From: Deltaproteobacteria bacterium
GTDB taxonomy: Bacteria > Myxococcota > Kuafuiibacteriia > Kuafuiibacteriales > Kuafuiibacteriaceae
Direction: 5' to 3'
Assembly: GCA_040218735.1 (NCBI GenBank)
Contig: JAVJQW010000057.1
Span: 192,001-256,000 of the forward strand
DNA: 64,000 nt
Part shown: one piece after another, positions 11,441 to 20,879 of the stretch
Layout: each line of letters starts with the position of its first letter
How positions within the stretch are numbered: position 1 is the stretch's first letter
Notes under the pieces: generated by a model
What the model was told of the DNA's origin: nothing
The model's database searches: none
The model's input: the letters and a program-made list of their open reading frames with translations, nothing else
Made by a program: the position numbers and the translations under genes

Positions 11441-13220
11441 GGTCTTCGGCTACGACGACTTCCGGCCGCTGCAGTCCGAAGCGATCCGCACCGCGCTGAC
11501 CGGTCGAGACCTCGTCGTCCTCCTCCCGACGGGCAGCGGCAAGTCCCTCTGCTACCAGATCCCCGCGCTCGTCTCCCGACGACGCGGCGAGGGGCTCACG
11601 ATCGTCGTGTCCCCGCTCATCGCGCTGATGCAGGACCAGGTCGACGCCCTCGCCGGCCGAGGCGTCGCCGCCGCCGCGCTCAACAGCCACCAGTCCGCGG
11701 AAGACCGGCGGGAGGTGCTCCGCCGACTCGACGAGGACGCGATCGATCTGCTGTACGTCTCGCCGGAGCGCATCGCGACCCCCGGCTTCACCCGCCTCCT
11801 GAAGAAGCTCCGCGTCGCGCGCATCGCGATCGACGAAGCCCACTGCGTCAGCCAGTGGGGCCACGACTTCCGACCCGACTACCTGGAGATCGGCGGGCTG
11901 CGCGACCTCGTCGACGCACCAGCGCTCGCGCTCACCGCCACCGCGACACCGGTGGTCGTCACGGAGATCATCAAACGCTTGAGCCTGCAGGACGCCGCCG
12001 TCGTCCGCGGCGACTTCTCCCGCGACAACCTCGCGTTCACCGTCGAGCACCGCCGCCTGCAGGCGGATCGCCTCGAAGCCCTCGCGCGCGCGATCCAAGT
12101 CGCGGGCCTCGCACGAGGGCGTGGGCGCGCGATCGTTTACTGCCCCACGCGCAAGACGACGGAGACCGTCGCGAAGGCGCTCCGCGGCGAAGGGATGCCG
12201 GTGGGTTACTACCACGCCGGCCGAACCAAGCTCGCCCGCGAGCGCGCGCACCGCGCGTTTGCGACGGGGCGGACGCGCATCCTCGTGTCGACCAACGCGT
12301 TCGGGATGGGCATCGACTTCCCGGACGTCCGCCTGATCGTTCACTTCGCCGCGCCGGGGAGCCTCGAAGCCTATTACCAAGAGGCCGGGCGCGCCGGGCG
12401 TGACGGCCTGCCGGCGCGGTGTCTGTTGATCTTCTCCAAGGGTGACCTCGCCACGCAGCGCCGCCTCGAGTCGGCGTCGGCGTCCGAGCTGGTCAAGGCG
12501 CGGCGCCGCGAAGCGCTCGAGGCGATCGAGTCCTACGCAAACGCCTCGACGTGCCGACAGCAGGTGCTCGTTCGTCACTTCACGGGCGGCGAGGACGAGG
12601 TCGAGTGCGGCCTGTGTGATCGGTGCCTCGACCCCACCGCGGAGCCGGTCGTCGAGGTCGAGAAGGAGGCGCCCCCGATCGTCGAGCTCCCCGAGTCCAA
12701 GCGCGACTTGATCGTCTCCGCCGTCGATCGCCTCCGCCGCCCCGTGGGACGCACCCGCCTCGCGCAAGCGCTCCGCGGCGGAAAGGCGAAGTCGCTCTCC
12801 CGCGGCGGCCTCCTCACGCTCCCCGAGTACGGCGCGCTCGCCGAGTACGACGAAAAGTCGATCGTCGCCGCGATCGACCACCTCCTCACGTCCGGCGTCC
12901 TGCGCCGCACCGGCCGCCGCTACCCCACGGTGTGGATGGCGAACAAGGCCGTGCGCGCCGAGAAGACCGAGCGCCCCGAGCGCAAGCCGACGTCACGCCC
13001 CGGCCGCATCGCACGCGCGCTCGACGACTACCGAAAGCGCACCGCGCGGCGGCTCAAGTGGAAGCCGTACATGGTCATGCAACGGAAGGTCGTCTTCGCG
13101 ATCGACGCCAAGCGCCCCGAGACCCACGACGACCTCCTCCGCATCCCCGGCCTCGGCCCCGCCAAGGTCGAAAAGTTCGGCGACGACATCCTGCAGATCG
13201 TCGAGCGCTACTCCGACTGA
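11397..13220 (+). CDS. recQ: RecQ-family ATP-dependent DNA helicase (RQC and HRDC domains)
   Basis: LPTGSGKSLCYQ, SPLIALMQDQV, DEAHCVSQWGHDFRPDY, YYQEAGRAGRDG, Zn-binding CR...CGLCDRC, HRDC IPGLGPAKVEKFG. Confidence 0.93.
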   Translation: MTQPTIDEAREVLREVFGYDDFRPLQSEAIRTALTGRDLVVLLPTGSGKSLCYQIPALVSRRRGEGLTIVVSPLIALMQDQVDALAGRGVAAAALNSHQSAEDRREVLRRLDEDAIDLLYVSPERIATPGFTRLLKKLRVARIAIDEAHCVSQWGHDFRPDYLEIGGLRDLVDAPALALTATATPVVVTEIIKRLSLQDAAVVRGDFSRDNLAFTVEHRRLQADRLEALARAIQVAGLARGRGRAIVYCPTRKTTETVAKALRGEGMPVGYYHAGRTKLARERAHRAFATGRTRILVSTNAFGMGIDFPDVRLIVHFAAPGSLEAYYQEAGRAGRDGLPARCLLIFSKGDLATQRRLESASASELVKARRREALEAIESYANASTCRQQVLVRHFTGGEDEVECGLCDRCLDPTAEPVVEVEKEAPPIVELPESKRDLIVSAVDRLRRPVGRTRLAQALRGGKAKSLSRGGLLTLPEYGALAEYDEKSIVAAIDHLLTSGVLRRTGRRYPTVWMANKAVRAEKTERPERKPTSRPGRIARALDDYRKRTARRLKWKPYMVMQRKVVFAIDAKRPETHDDLLRIPGLGPAKVEKFGDDILQIVERYSD

Positions 13221-13231
13221 CCGCGGCGGAG

Positions 13232-14299
13232 CTACGCGGCGTAGTAGGCGCCGTTCTTCGTCTTCATGAACGCGTCGAGCGGGATGTCCTCCTGCTTGAG
13301 GAAGCCCTGCTGCGGGAGCGTGCCCGCCGAGACCATCTCGACGACCGCGCAAACGCTCGCGGCGGTCGTCCAAGAGATCGCGCGCCACGGGCGCCCGGCG
13401 ATCTGCTTCGGCCGGTACGCGCGCACGAACTCCTCGCGCGACATCCGCCCGCCCTTCACACCTTCCACCGCGGCGTGGATGTAGACGACGTCGTCGTTCA
13501 CGGGCGGCTTCGCGTTCACGAGGATCTCTCCGGCCTCCTCGCGGCGCTCCTTCATGTACAGCTCCTCGAAGAAGAACCGCATGAGCCCGCAGTGACCGGG
13601 GTAGCGCATCGTCTTGTAGTTGAGCTCCTCGACGCGCCCTTCGTAGGTCTCACACATCGTGCCGAGGCCGCCGCTGGTCGTGAACGCCTCCAGGCGGATG
13701 CCGTCGATGACGATCGTCTCGAGCCCCTGCATCGGCGGGACGAGCGCCTTGCGGCCGCGCGCGATCACTTCGCAGTCGTTGAGGTACTCGTTGACGACGC
13801 CCGCCGCCGACCAGTTGAACGCGTAGCCGAGCAGGCCGCGCGGGTGGCGCGGCAGCGCGCCGACGCGCAGCTCGATGCTGCGGAGCGTCTCGAAGCCCGG
13901 CGTCAGCGACGCACCGACGATGCCGATGAAGCCCGGCGCCAAACCACACTGCGGCGCCATGATCCCCTTCGACGTCTCGGACAGCTCGATGACGGCCTTC
14001 GTCGTCGGCACGTCCTCGGTGAGATCGAAGTAGTGCATGCCGTGCCCGTGCGCGAGCTTGGCGATGCCGATGTTCAGGTTGTACGGCAGACACGACACCA
14101 CGGCGTCGTGGCCTTTCATCGCTTCGCTCACCGCCTCCGTGTTGGAGATGTCGACCTTGTCGATCGGGAACGGCCGGTCCGTCCGCGGACGCATGTCGAG
14201 CCCCCGAACCTTGAAACCGGACTCGTGGAGCAGCGTCGCGACCAGCGCGCCGACCTTGCCGATACCAATGACCAGGATTGTTTCGATGGGCTTCGTCAT
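13232..14299 (-). CDS. Saccharopine dehydrogenase / lysine 6-dehydrogenase family oxidoreductase
   Basis: GIGKVG Rossmann motif, HYFDLTEDV, PQCGLAPG, EAFTTSGG, YKTMRYPGH. Confidence 0.88.
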   Translation of the reverse strand: MTKPIETILVIGIGKVGALVATLLHESGFKVRGLDMRPRTDRPFPIDKVDISNTEAVSEAMKGHDAVVSCLPYNLNIGIAKLAHGHGMHYFDLTEDVPTTKAVIELSETSKGIMAPQCGLAPGFIGIVGASLTPGFETLRSIELRVGALPRHPRGLLGYAFNWSAAGVVNEYLNDCEVIARGRKALVPPMQGLETIVIDGIRLEAFTTSGGLGTMCETYEGRVEELNYKTMRYPGHCGLMRFFFEELYMKERREEAGEILVNAKPPVNDDVVYIHAAVEGVKGGRMSREEFVRAYRPKQIAGRPWRAISWTTAASVCAVVEMVSAGTLPQQGFLKQEDIPLDAFMKTKNGAYYAA

Positions 14300-14356
14300 G
14301 TCGCCCGGGAGCATACCGGTTTAAAAATGGGCGTCTACGTTTGTCCGTAGGCTGTC

Positions 14357-14797
14357 TCAGCTCGCGCCGTCACGCTCGTCGAGGAGCTCTTGGAGGATCA
14401 CCGCAGCCGCGAAGGCGTCGATGAGCTTCCGCCGGTCGCGCGGCAACATCCCGCGCTCCTTGAGGCGCTCCTCCGCCGCCCACGTCGTCAGCGCTTCGTC
14501 ACGCTCCGTCACCGGCATCCCCTCGGGCGCAGCCGCACGGAGTGCAGCCACGAACGCGAGCGCCTTCTCCGTAGATCGCGACGGCGTACCGTCGAGGCGG
14601 TAGGGGACCCCGACCACGATCTCCCCGACCTCGTTCGCCCGCACCACCTCGAATACATGGGCGACGTCGGCGTCGGTCCCCTTCGACGGCCACACCTCGA
14701 ACGGTCGCGCCGTCCACTGCATGTCGTCGGAGAGCGCGAGGCCGATGCGCTTCGTCCCGGGATCGATCCCCAGGATGCGGCGTTTGTCGTCGCTCAG
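14357..14797 (-). CDS. ruvX: YqgF/RuvX-family nuclease (pre-16S rRNA nuclease); start uncertain
   Basis: ILGIDPGTKRIGLALSD, VVGVP..LDG, DEALTT, IDAFAAAVILQ; overlaps the stop of the upstream TPR gene. Confidence 0.9.
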   Translation of the reverse strand: MSDDKRRILGIDPGTKRIGLALSDDMQWTARPFEVWPSKGTDADVAHVFEVVRANEVGEIVVGVPYRLDGTPSRSTEKALAFVAALRAAAPEGMPVTERDEALTTWAAEERLKERGMLPRDRRKLIDAFAAAVILQELLDERDGAS

Positions 14798-17700
14798 CGG
14801 AACTTCTCCTCGAGGAACTGCTCCACCTTCTTCATGCGGTCCGGCTTGATGGACAGCGGCGGATCGATCCGCAGCCGCGCGTAGGCGTCGGCGGCGAGGA
14901 CCGCGTCCCCCTTCTCGACCGCGTGCTCCGCGAGCACCAACAGCCACAGGTCCGTCGTATCCCGCGACACCTCGATCGCATCGCCGAGCTTCTCCGCGAC
15001 GTGCTTCGCGAACGCCATACGCGCGTTCTTCCCGGCGCCGTCCTGCTCCTCGAGCGGAATGACCCCGCCGGGGAGCGTCGCCTCCAGCGTCCCGCGCGAC
15101 ACTTCGCGCTCACCGACGGGCGAGAGGATCTGCCACTCGATATTCGCCTTCCCGGTCGACGGCGTGATCTGACACTTCATCAGCTTCATCCGAATGCTCC
15201 CCGACACCTCGGGCGCCTTCGGGTCCTTCTTCTTCCACGCCTCCGTCCACGACGGGCTCAGCACCCAGCCGCCGAGGTCCTTGCGACGCGAGGTGATCTC
15301 CATCGTCTCCTCGCGCACGATCGGATCGAACCCCTTGCAGTCCGAGTCCCGCACCTTGTCGCCGCGCATCACGGAGTCCACGACCATCACGAGATCCATG
15401 CGCTTCTTCAGCGCCGCCGTGACCTCGTCCATCTTCGCGCGCGCCGCCTTGTCGTCCTCGTCCAGCGCGAGCGCCCGCTCCAGGTAGACGTACGCGACGC
15501 CCGGCTTGCCCTGCGACGCGTGCGTCTCGGCGGTCGACAACCGGCTCTGCTTCACCTGCGTCTGCAGCGACCCCATCGAGCGCTTCGCCTCGCGGTGGTT
15601 CGGGTCGAGCTTCAACAGCGACGCCGCGACGTCCGCCTGCCGCAGCACGTCGTTGTCCTTCTTCGCCGCCGCGAACTGGTCCTCGAGGATCGAGACACGA
15701 CGCCCGAGCGCGAGCTCCTCACCGAGCTTCGCGACCTTGCTGCCGTTCCCGTTCTTCGCGCTCCCGATCTCCACGAACGCCGACTGCGCCTCCTCGAAGC
15801 TCGACTTCGCGTACAGCGCCGACGCCTCGGTCACGAGCTTCACCGTCTCGATCCCCTTGTTCTCGAGGAGCGCCGCCGCCTCGAGCTCCTGCGCCGTCTC
15901 GCTGTCCGCGCCACGCTTCGCCGAACGCTCGGCGCGCTTCATCAGCTCCGCGAGCGCCTTCGACACCGCCTGCGAGCTCGGCTCCACGATCAGCGACGCA
16001 CCGAGCACCTTCGCGTGCGGCCGCGGATCGCCGGAGCCCGCGATCGCCTTGATCGCATCCTGCTCCTGCTTTTCACGCCGCGACTTCGCGATCTCGTGGC
16101 CGGTCCTGGCGACCTGCGAGGTCTTCGAGATCTCCAGCGCCCCCGAGAAGCCGCGCTCCGCCTCCGCGTACCGGCCCTCACCGAGGTGATCGATCCCGAT
16201 CTTGATGCTCTCCGTCAGCGCGTCCGTCGCACCGGCCGCGATGTTCGCGTTCGCGAGCTGCTCGGCCGCACCCTTGTCGTTGCCCGCTCGGCCCTCCGCG
16301 CGCGCCTTGTCGAGGTACGCCGTGAAGGCCTTCTGCGCCTCCTTGTTGTTCGGGTCCGCCGCGAGCAGCGCCTTCACCGCGAGCGCCGCGTCCTGGCCGC
16401 CCGACGAGATGTCCTTCGCGAGCGTCCCGAGCTTGCGCCCGCGCGCGATCGCCTGACCGCGACGCGTCAGATCCGACGGCGCCGCCTTGCCGAACATGAT
16501 CTCCGCCTCGCCGTACTTGCCCTTCGCGAGCAGCTCGATCGCCGACTTCGTCTGCTTCTCCTCGCCGACCGCGATCGCGATCGCCGTGAGGGTCTTCGCC
16601 GCCGCCGCGTCGTCGCCCTTCGCGGCCGACGCCTCCGCGCGTGTGATCGCCGCGTTCACGATCTCGTCGACCGCCGAGTTCGCCGGATCGATCTTCCGCA
16701 GCTTCGCCGTCGCCTCGGCGCCGCGCTCCTCGTCGGACCCGTTGCGCAGCCCCGCCGCCGCGTCCACCAGCGTGACCACGCGCCGCTTCTTCGCGATCGC
16801 GAGGCCGGTCGTCACGACCTTCGACTCACCCTTGCTCGCCACCGCCTCGTACGCCGAGACCGCGCCGTCGAAGTCCTTCTTCCCGAGCAGGTCGTTCGCG
16901 CGCCCGATCTCGTTCTTCACCGTCTCCGGCTTCGACACGACGTTCGCCGCGGACAAGAGCGCCGCCGCCTGCGCGTCGTTCCCCGCGTCGCCCTGACGCT
17001 CGGCCTCCGAGAGCAGCTCCGTGAACGCCTTCTTCGCCTCGGGGCTGTTCGGGTCCATCTTCAGCGTGCGCTCGAGCGCCTCGCGGGCGGCGTCGAGGTT
17101 GCCGCCTTCCTTCGCCTGCGCGATCGCGCCGGAGAGCATCGCCACACGCGCCGCCTTCGCGATCTCGAAGCCGGCCTTCGCGACCGGCTGCGTCGGCTCG
17201 AGGTCCATCGCGTCCGAGTACTTCGACTCCGCGTCACCCATCTTTCCGCCGTCGAGGGCGGTGTTCGCCTCGTCGAGCGCGGCGCGCACGCCAGGCGCCG
17301 GCGACGTCGCGATGGTCGCCAGCTTCAGGTAACGCGCAGCCTCCTTGTCGTTGTTGTCCTTCGCGTACCCCTTCGCCGTCTCGATCAGATCCGCGAGCGC
17401 CTTCTTCGCCTGCGGGTTGTTCGGGTCGCGCTTCAGCAGCTCCGCGAGCGACTCCGCGCTCGACTCGTCACCCTTCACCGCAGCCTGCGCGTCACTCGTG
17501 AGCGCCGAGAGCATGCGGTCCTTCGTAACCTTGCGGCTCACCTCCGCGAGGCGCGCCGACGGCGCCTTCGAGAGCGCCTCGCCGAACGCCGACTCGGCGC
17601 CCTGCAGGTCACCTTCGCGCAGCGAGGACGCGCCCGTGTCGATCTTCCCCGTCACGTCGGCGCCGAGCCCCGCGAGTTTGTTCGCGTAGGCGACGAGGTC

Positions 17701-19407
17701 CGCGACCTCGGTGTCCGAGAGCGACGCCGAACGCTCGAGTCGCTTCAGTAGACCGTCGACCGCAGCACGAGCGTTCGCGTTGGCCGGCTCCAGCGTGAGG
17801 CCCGCCGCGAGGATCTCCACCGCGCGCGGCTCGTTGCCCTTGCCCGAGATCAGCGTCTGCGACGCGTCCTTCTCCGAGTCCCTCCGGCGCAGCCGCGCGA
17901 TGTCGATTCCGCGCTGCGCGAGCCGCGACCGCGGCGCCGCCGCGAGGGCCTGCGTGAACGCCGTCTCCGCCGCCGCGAAGTTGCCGGCCTTGAGCTCGTC
18001 CGCGCCCTTCGTGGAGGGGGTGCGCATCGCCTCCGGCGCGGCGCTCGCGTTGAGCGCGGCGAGCAGCAGCGACGCCGCCTCGCGGTCGTCCTTCTTCTTC
18101 GCCGCCTTCAGCGCGTCGTCGATCAGATCCTGGAACGAGTCCGCGCGCAGCTTGCGACGCAGCGCCTCGATCCCCGGCAGCTCGTCTTCGAACGCGGAGA
18201 TCTCCGCGATGATCTGCAGCGCCTTCGTCGGCTGTCGCTTCTCCAGCCGCTCCGCGCTCTTGAGCGTCTTACGCGCCCCGGCGACCGCGTAGGCCTGCGC
18301 CGCCTCGTACAGCGGCGAGCCCTCTTCGAGCTTCGCATTCTCGATCGCCTCGCGGCCCTTCCCGGGATCGCCATCCTTCACGAGATCGAGCGCAGCGCGC
18401 AGGACGTCCGCGCTCACCTGCTCGAGACCCGCGACGTCGATCGCCGCGAGGAGCGCACGGTGCGCGCGCGGGAGCTGATTCCGATCCGCGAGTTTCTTCG
18501 CAGCGTTCGCCTTCTCCGTGAGGAGCTGCGCGCGGACCTTCTTGATCTCGTCATCGATGCTCGCCGGCACCGCGCCGGACTTCGTCACACGCTCGTACAG
18601 CTTCAACGCCCGCTCGTAGCGACCGCGCTCGACCTCGCGTCGCGCCGCTTCGAGCTTCGAAAGGATCGCGGACGCGCGCCGCTTCACCTGGTCCATCTGC
18701 GCCTTGATCTCGGGCAGCGGCATCTTCGCGTACGCCTGCTGGTACAGCTCGTACGCGCCGATCGCGTCGCCCGACTGCGCCTTCTCCTCGGCCTGCTCCG
18801 CGATCGAGAGCGCCTCCGCGCGGACGAACGCGTCCGCGCGCATGTTCGGCGTCGTCGGATCGATCTCCTTCGCGCGCGAGTAGTGTTGGAACGCGCGGCC
18901 GCCCTCCCCCGACGCCAAGAAGCCTTCGGCGAGATCGAGGTGGTGTTTGTAGGCCGCGGCGCGCGCGCCCGCGAGGGAACGATTCGCGATGTCGTTGTTC
19001 GGGTGCGCGGTCTGAACGGTGAGCACCGCTTCGTACCATTCGTTCGGTCCGAGGTTGCGCGCCTTGGCCCCGGACAGCGAGCCGCGCACCGCGTAGTCGG
19101 AGTTCGCGGGCGAAAGCTCGGAGGCCTTCTGCCACGCGGCGCTCGCCTCGGTCCACGCGCCGGACTTCTCCTTCGCGACGGCTTCGGCCTCGTGTTTCTT
19201 GGCGAGCTCGACGCGGACCTTCTCCTGCGCCACCTTGTACTTGGCGTTGTTCGGGTCGGCGGCGAGCGCTTCGGTGTACGCCTTGTCCGCGGCTTCGAGG
19301 TCTCCGCGTTTGTACGCGTCCTCTCCGGCGTTGAACTGTTTGAGGCCGGCGCCGAGGCAGCCGGCGGCAGCGAGTGCGAAGACGAGGGCGAGCAGCGGTC
19401 GCTTCAT
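14794..19407 (-). CDS. Giant TPR-repeat lipoprotein (about 1540 aa)
   Basis: Lipobox LAAAGC; TPR helices throughout; about seven ~120-aa super-repeats; C-terminal alpha/beta domain. Confidence 0.85.
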   Translation of the reverse strand: MKRPLLALVFALAAAGCLGAGLKQFNAGEDAYKRGDLEAADKAYTEALAADPNNAKYKVAQEKVRVELAKKHEAEAVAKEKSGAWTEASAAWQKASELSPANSDYAVRGSLSGAKARNLGPNEWYEAVLTVQTAHPNNDIANRSLAGARAAAYKHHLDLAEGFLASGEGGRAFQHYSRAKEIDPTTPNMRADAFVRAEALSIAEQAEEKAQSGDAIGAYELYQQAYAKMPLPEIKAQMDQVKRRASAILSKLEAARREVERGRYERALKLYERVTKSGAVPASIDDEIKKVRAQLLTEKANAAKKLADRNQLPRAHRALLAAIDVAGLEQVSADVLRAALDLVKDGDPGKGREAIENAKLEEGSPLYEAAQAYAVAGARKTLKSAERLEKRQPTKALQIIAEISAFEDELPGIEALRRKLRADSFQDLIDDALKAAKKKDDREAASLLLAALNASAAPEAMRTPSTKGADELKAGNFAAAETAFTQALAAAPRSRLAQRGIDIARLRRRDSEKDASQTLISGKGNEPRAVEILAAGLTLEPANANARAAVDGLLKRLERSASLSDTEVADLVAYANKLAGLGADVTGKIDTGASSLREGDLQGAESAFGEALSKAPSARLAEVSRKVTKDRMLSALTSDAQAAVKGDESSAESLAELLKRDPNNPQAKKALADLIETAKGYAKDNNDKEAARYLKLATIATSPAPGVRAALDEANTALDGGKMGDAESKYSDAMDLEPTQPVAKAGFEIAKAARVAMLSGAIAQAKEGGNLDAAREALERTLKMDPNSPEAKKAFTELLSEAERQGDAGNDAQAAALLSAANVVSKPETVKNEIGRANDLLGKKDFDGAVSAYEAVASKGESKVVTTGLAIAKKRRVVTLVDAAAGLRNGSDEERGAEATAKLRKIDPANSAVDEIVNAAITRAEASAAKGDDAAAAKTLTAIAIAVGEEKQTKSAIELLAKGKYGEAEIMFGKAAPSDLTRRGQAIARGRKLGTLAKDISSGGQDAALAVKALLAADPNNKEAQKAFTAYLDKARAEGRAGNDKGAAEQLANANIAAGATDALTESIKIGIDHLGEGRYAEAERGFSGALEISKTSQVARTGHEIAKSRREKQEQDAIKAIAGSGDPRPHAKVLGASLIVEPSSQAVSKALAELMKRAERSAKRGADSETAQELEAAALLENKGIETVKLVTEASALYAKSSFEEAQSAFVEIGSAKNGNGSKVAKLGEELALGRRVSILEDQFAAAKKDNDVLRQADVAASLLKLDPNHREAKRSMGSLQTQVKQSRLSTAETHASQGKPGVAYVYLERALALDEDDKAARAKMDEVTAALKKRMDLVMVVDSVMRGDKVRDSDCKGFDPIVREETMEITSRRKDLGGWVLSPSWTEAWKKKDPKAPEVSGSIRMKLMKCQITPSTGKANIEWQILSPVGEREVSRGTLEATLPGGVIPLEEQDGAGKNARMAFAKHVAEKLGDAIEVSRDTTDLWLLVLAEHAVEKGDAVLAADAYARLRIDPPLSIKPDRMKKVEQFLEEKFR

Positions 19408-19513
19408 GGCGGTTCCCATACAGAAGTCAGACGGGGGTCGGCCACCGTGATTTCACGTGCACACGGTCGGTCCGCTTGCCCCGCGGATGCAGATCACCCA
19501 GTTTTCCGTCGCG

Positions 19514-19969
19514 ATGCGCCGTATCTTCCCGATTTTTGTCCTTTTCCTCGCCGGATGCCCCGCCGAGGCCCCCCGCGAAGCCGCCCCGCCGCCGACCGAG
19601 GCGGTCGACTGGGCCGCCGCCTTCGACCACGAGGTCCGGTACGACGCCGCGCAGAAGGCCGTGGTGGTGGATGTGAAGATCGCGCCGGGGTTCCACGCCT
19701 ACACCGTCGGCGAGACGACCGGGCGCCCCCTGAAGCTGAGCGTCGACGATCCGTGGAAGCTCGGCGACGTCGCCTACCCGAAGGGCCTCGCGAAGAACCT
19801 CCCCATCGGGAAGAGCGTCATCGTGGAGGGCAGCGCCTCCGTGGTCGGGCCGGTCACGGCGCCCGAAGCCCCGCCCGCCCAGATCACCGGCGAGTTCGCG
19901 TACCAGGTCTGCACCGACGAGGCGTGTGACCGTCCGAGGTCCGCGAAGTTCGCGGTGAAGCCCGAATGA
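19514..19969 (+). CDS. Lipoprotein with DsbD N-terminal-like (Ig-like thiol-disulfide) domain
   Basis: FLAGC lipobox; IAPGFHAY, YP.G, YQVCTDEACDRP (CxxxxC of DsbD-alpha). Confidence 0.75.
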   Translation: MRRIFPIFVLFLAGCPAEAPREAAPPPTEAVDWAAAFDHEVRYDAAQKAVVVDVKIAPGFHAYTVGETTGRPLKLSVDDPWKLGDVAYPKGLAKNLPIGKSVIVEGSASVVGPVTAPEAPPAQITGEFAYQVCTDEACDRPRSAKFAVKPE

Positions 19970-20021
19970 CGCCGACGCATCTCACCCGGGGCGCCCAGCG
20001 CCTGCGGTATGTTCCGCGGCG

Positions 20022-20843
20022 ATGAGCGACGACCTCCTCGTAGTCAGGACCGAGCGCCGCGTGCGCACGCTGCGGATGAACAACCCGCGACGGCTCAACG
20101 GTTGGACGCTCGCGATGCAGAGCGCGATCGGCGCGGCGCTCGACGCGGCGGCGCGCGACGACGACGTCGGCGCCGTCGTCTTGACTGGGACCGGGCGGTA
20201 CTACTCCGCGGGCGCGGATCTCAGCGGTTCCTTCCGCCTCGGACACCCGCGCGAGCTCCGCGCGATGATCGTGCGGAAGAACTACGAGCTGTTCGACCAG
20301 TTCATTCGTTTCGAAAAGCCGATCCTGATCGCGGCGAACGGCACCGTGCTCGGCGCCGCCGTCACGACGAGTGTCCTGTGCGACGCGATCCTCGCCGCCG
20401 AGAGCGCGAGCTTCTCGACGCCGTTCGCGCGGCTCGGCGTCCCTCCCGAGGGGTGCTCGACCGTCCTGTTCCCGCGGCTCTTCGGCGAAGAGGTCACCGA
20501 GCGGATCATCGGCGCGGAGGGCTTCCAACCCACCGCGGCCGAAGCGCTCGAGATCGGCCTGGTCGATTGGGTCGTCCCCGACGATGCGCTGCTGACCCGC
20601 GCACAAGAGATCGCGGAGGGCTGGGTCGCCGAAGGGCGTCCGCGGACCTACCGCGGTGCGATCACCCGCGCCGAGCTCGAGGCGGCGAACGCGCGTGAGT
20701 CCGAGGAAGTCGCCAATGCCTTCTTGTCGCGCCGGTTTCTGATGAATCAGTACCGGTTCCTCAAGTCGAAGAAGAAGACCGGCCCGGCGATGACGTTCTT
20801 CGCGCTCGCGATGACACGACCGCTGTGGGGGCGGCTGCTCTGA
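20022..20843 (+). CDS. Enoyl-CoA hydratase/isomerase (ECI2-like crotonase family)
   Basis: MNNPRRLNG, YYSAGADL, KPILIAANG, FSTPFARLGVPPEGCS. Confidence 0.88.
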   Translation: MSDDLLVVRTERRVRTLRMNNPRRLNGWTLAMQSAIGAALDAAARDDDVGAVVLTGTGRYYSAGADLSGSFRLGHPRELRAMIVRKNYELFDQFIRFEKPILIAANGTVLGAAVTTSVLCDAILAAESASFSTPFARLGVPPEGCSTVLFPRLFGEEVTERIIGAEGFQPTAAEALEIGLVDWVVPDDALLTRAQEIAEGWVAEGRPRTYRGAITRAELEAANARESEEVANAFLSRRFLMNQYRFLKSKKKTGPAMTFFALAMTRPLWGRLL

Positions 20844-20879
20844 CGCCGGCCGCACGACGGCGGCGCTTCACGCCTCGAC

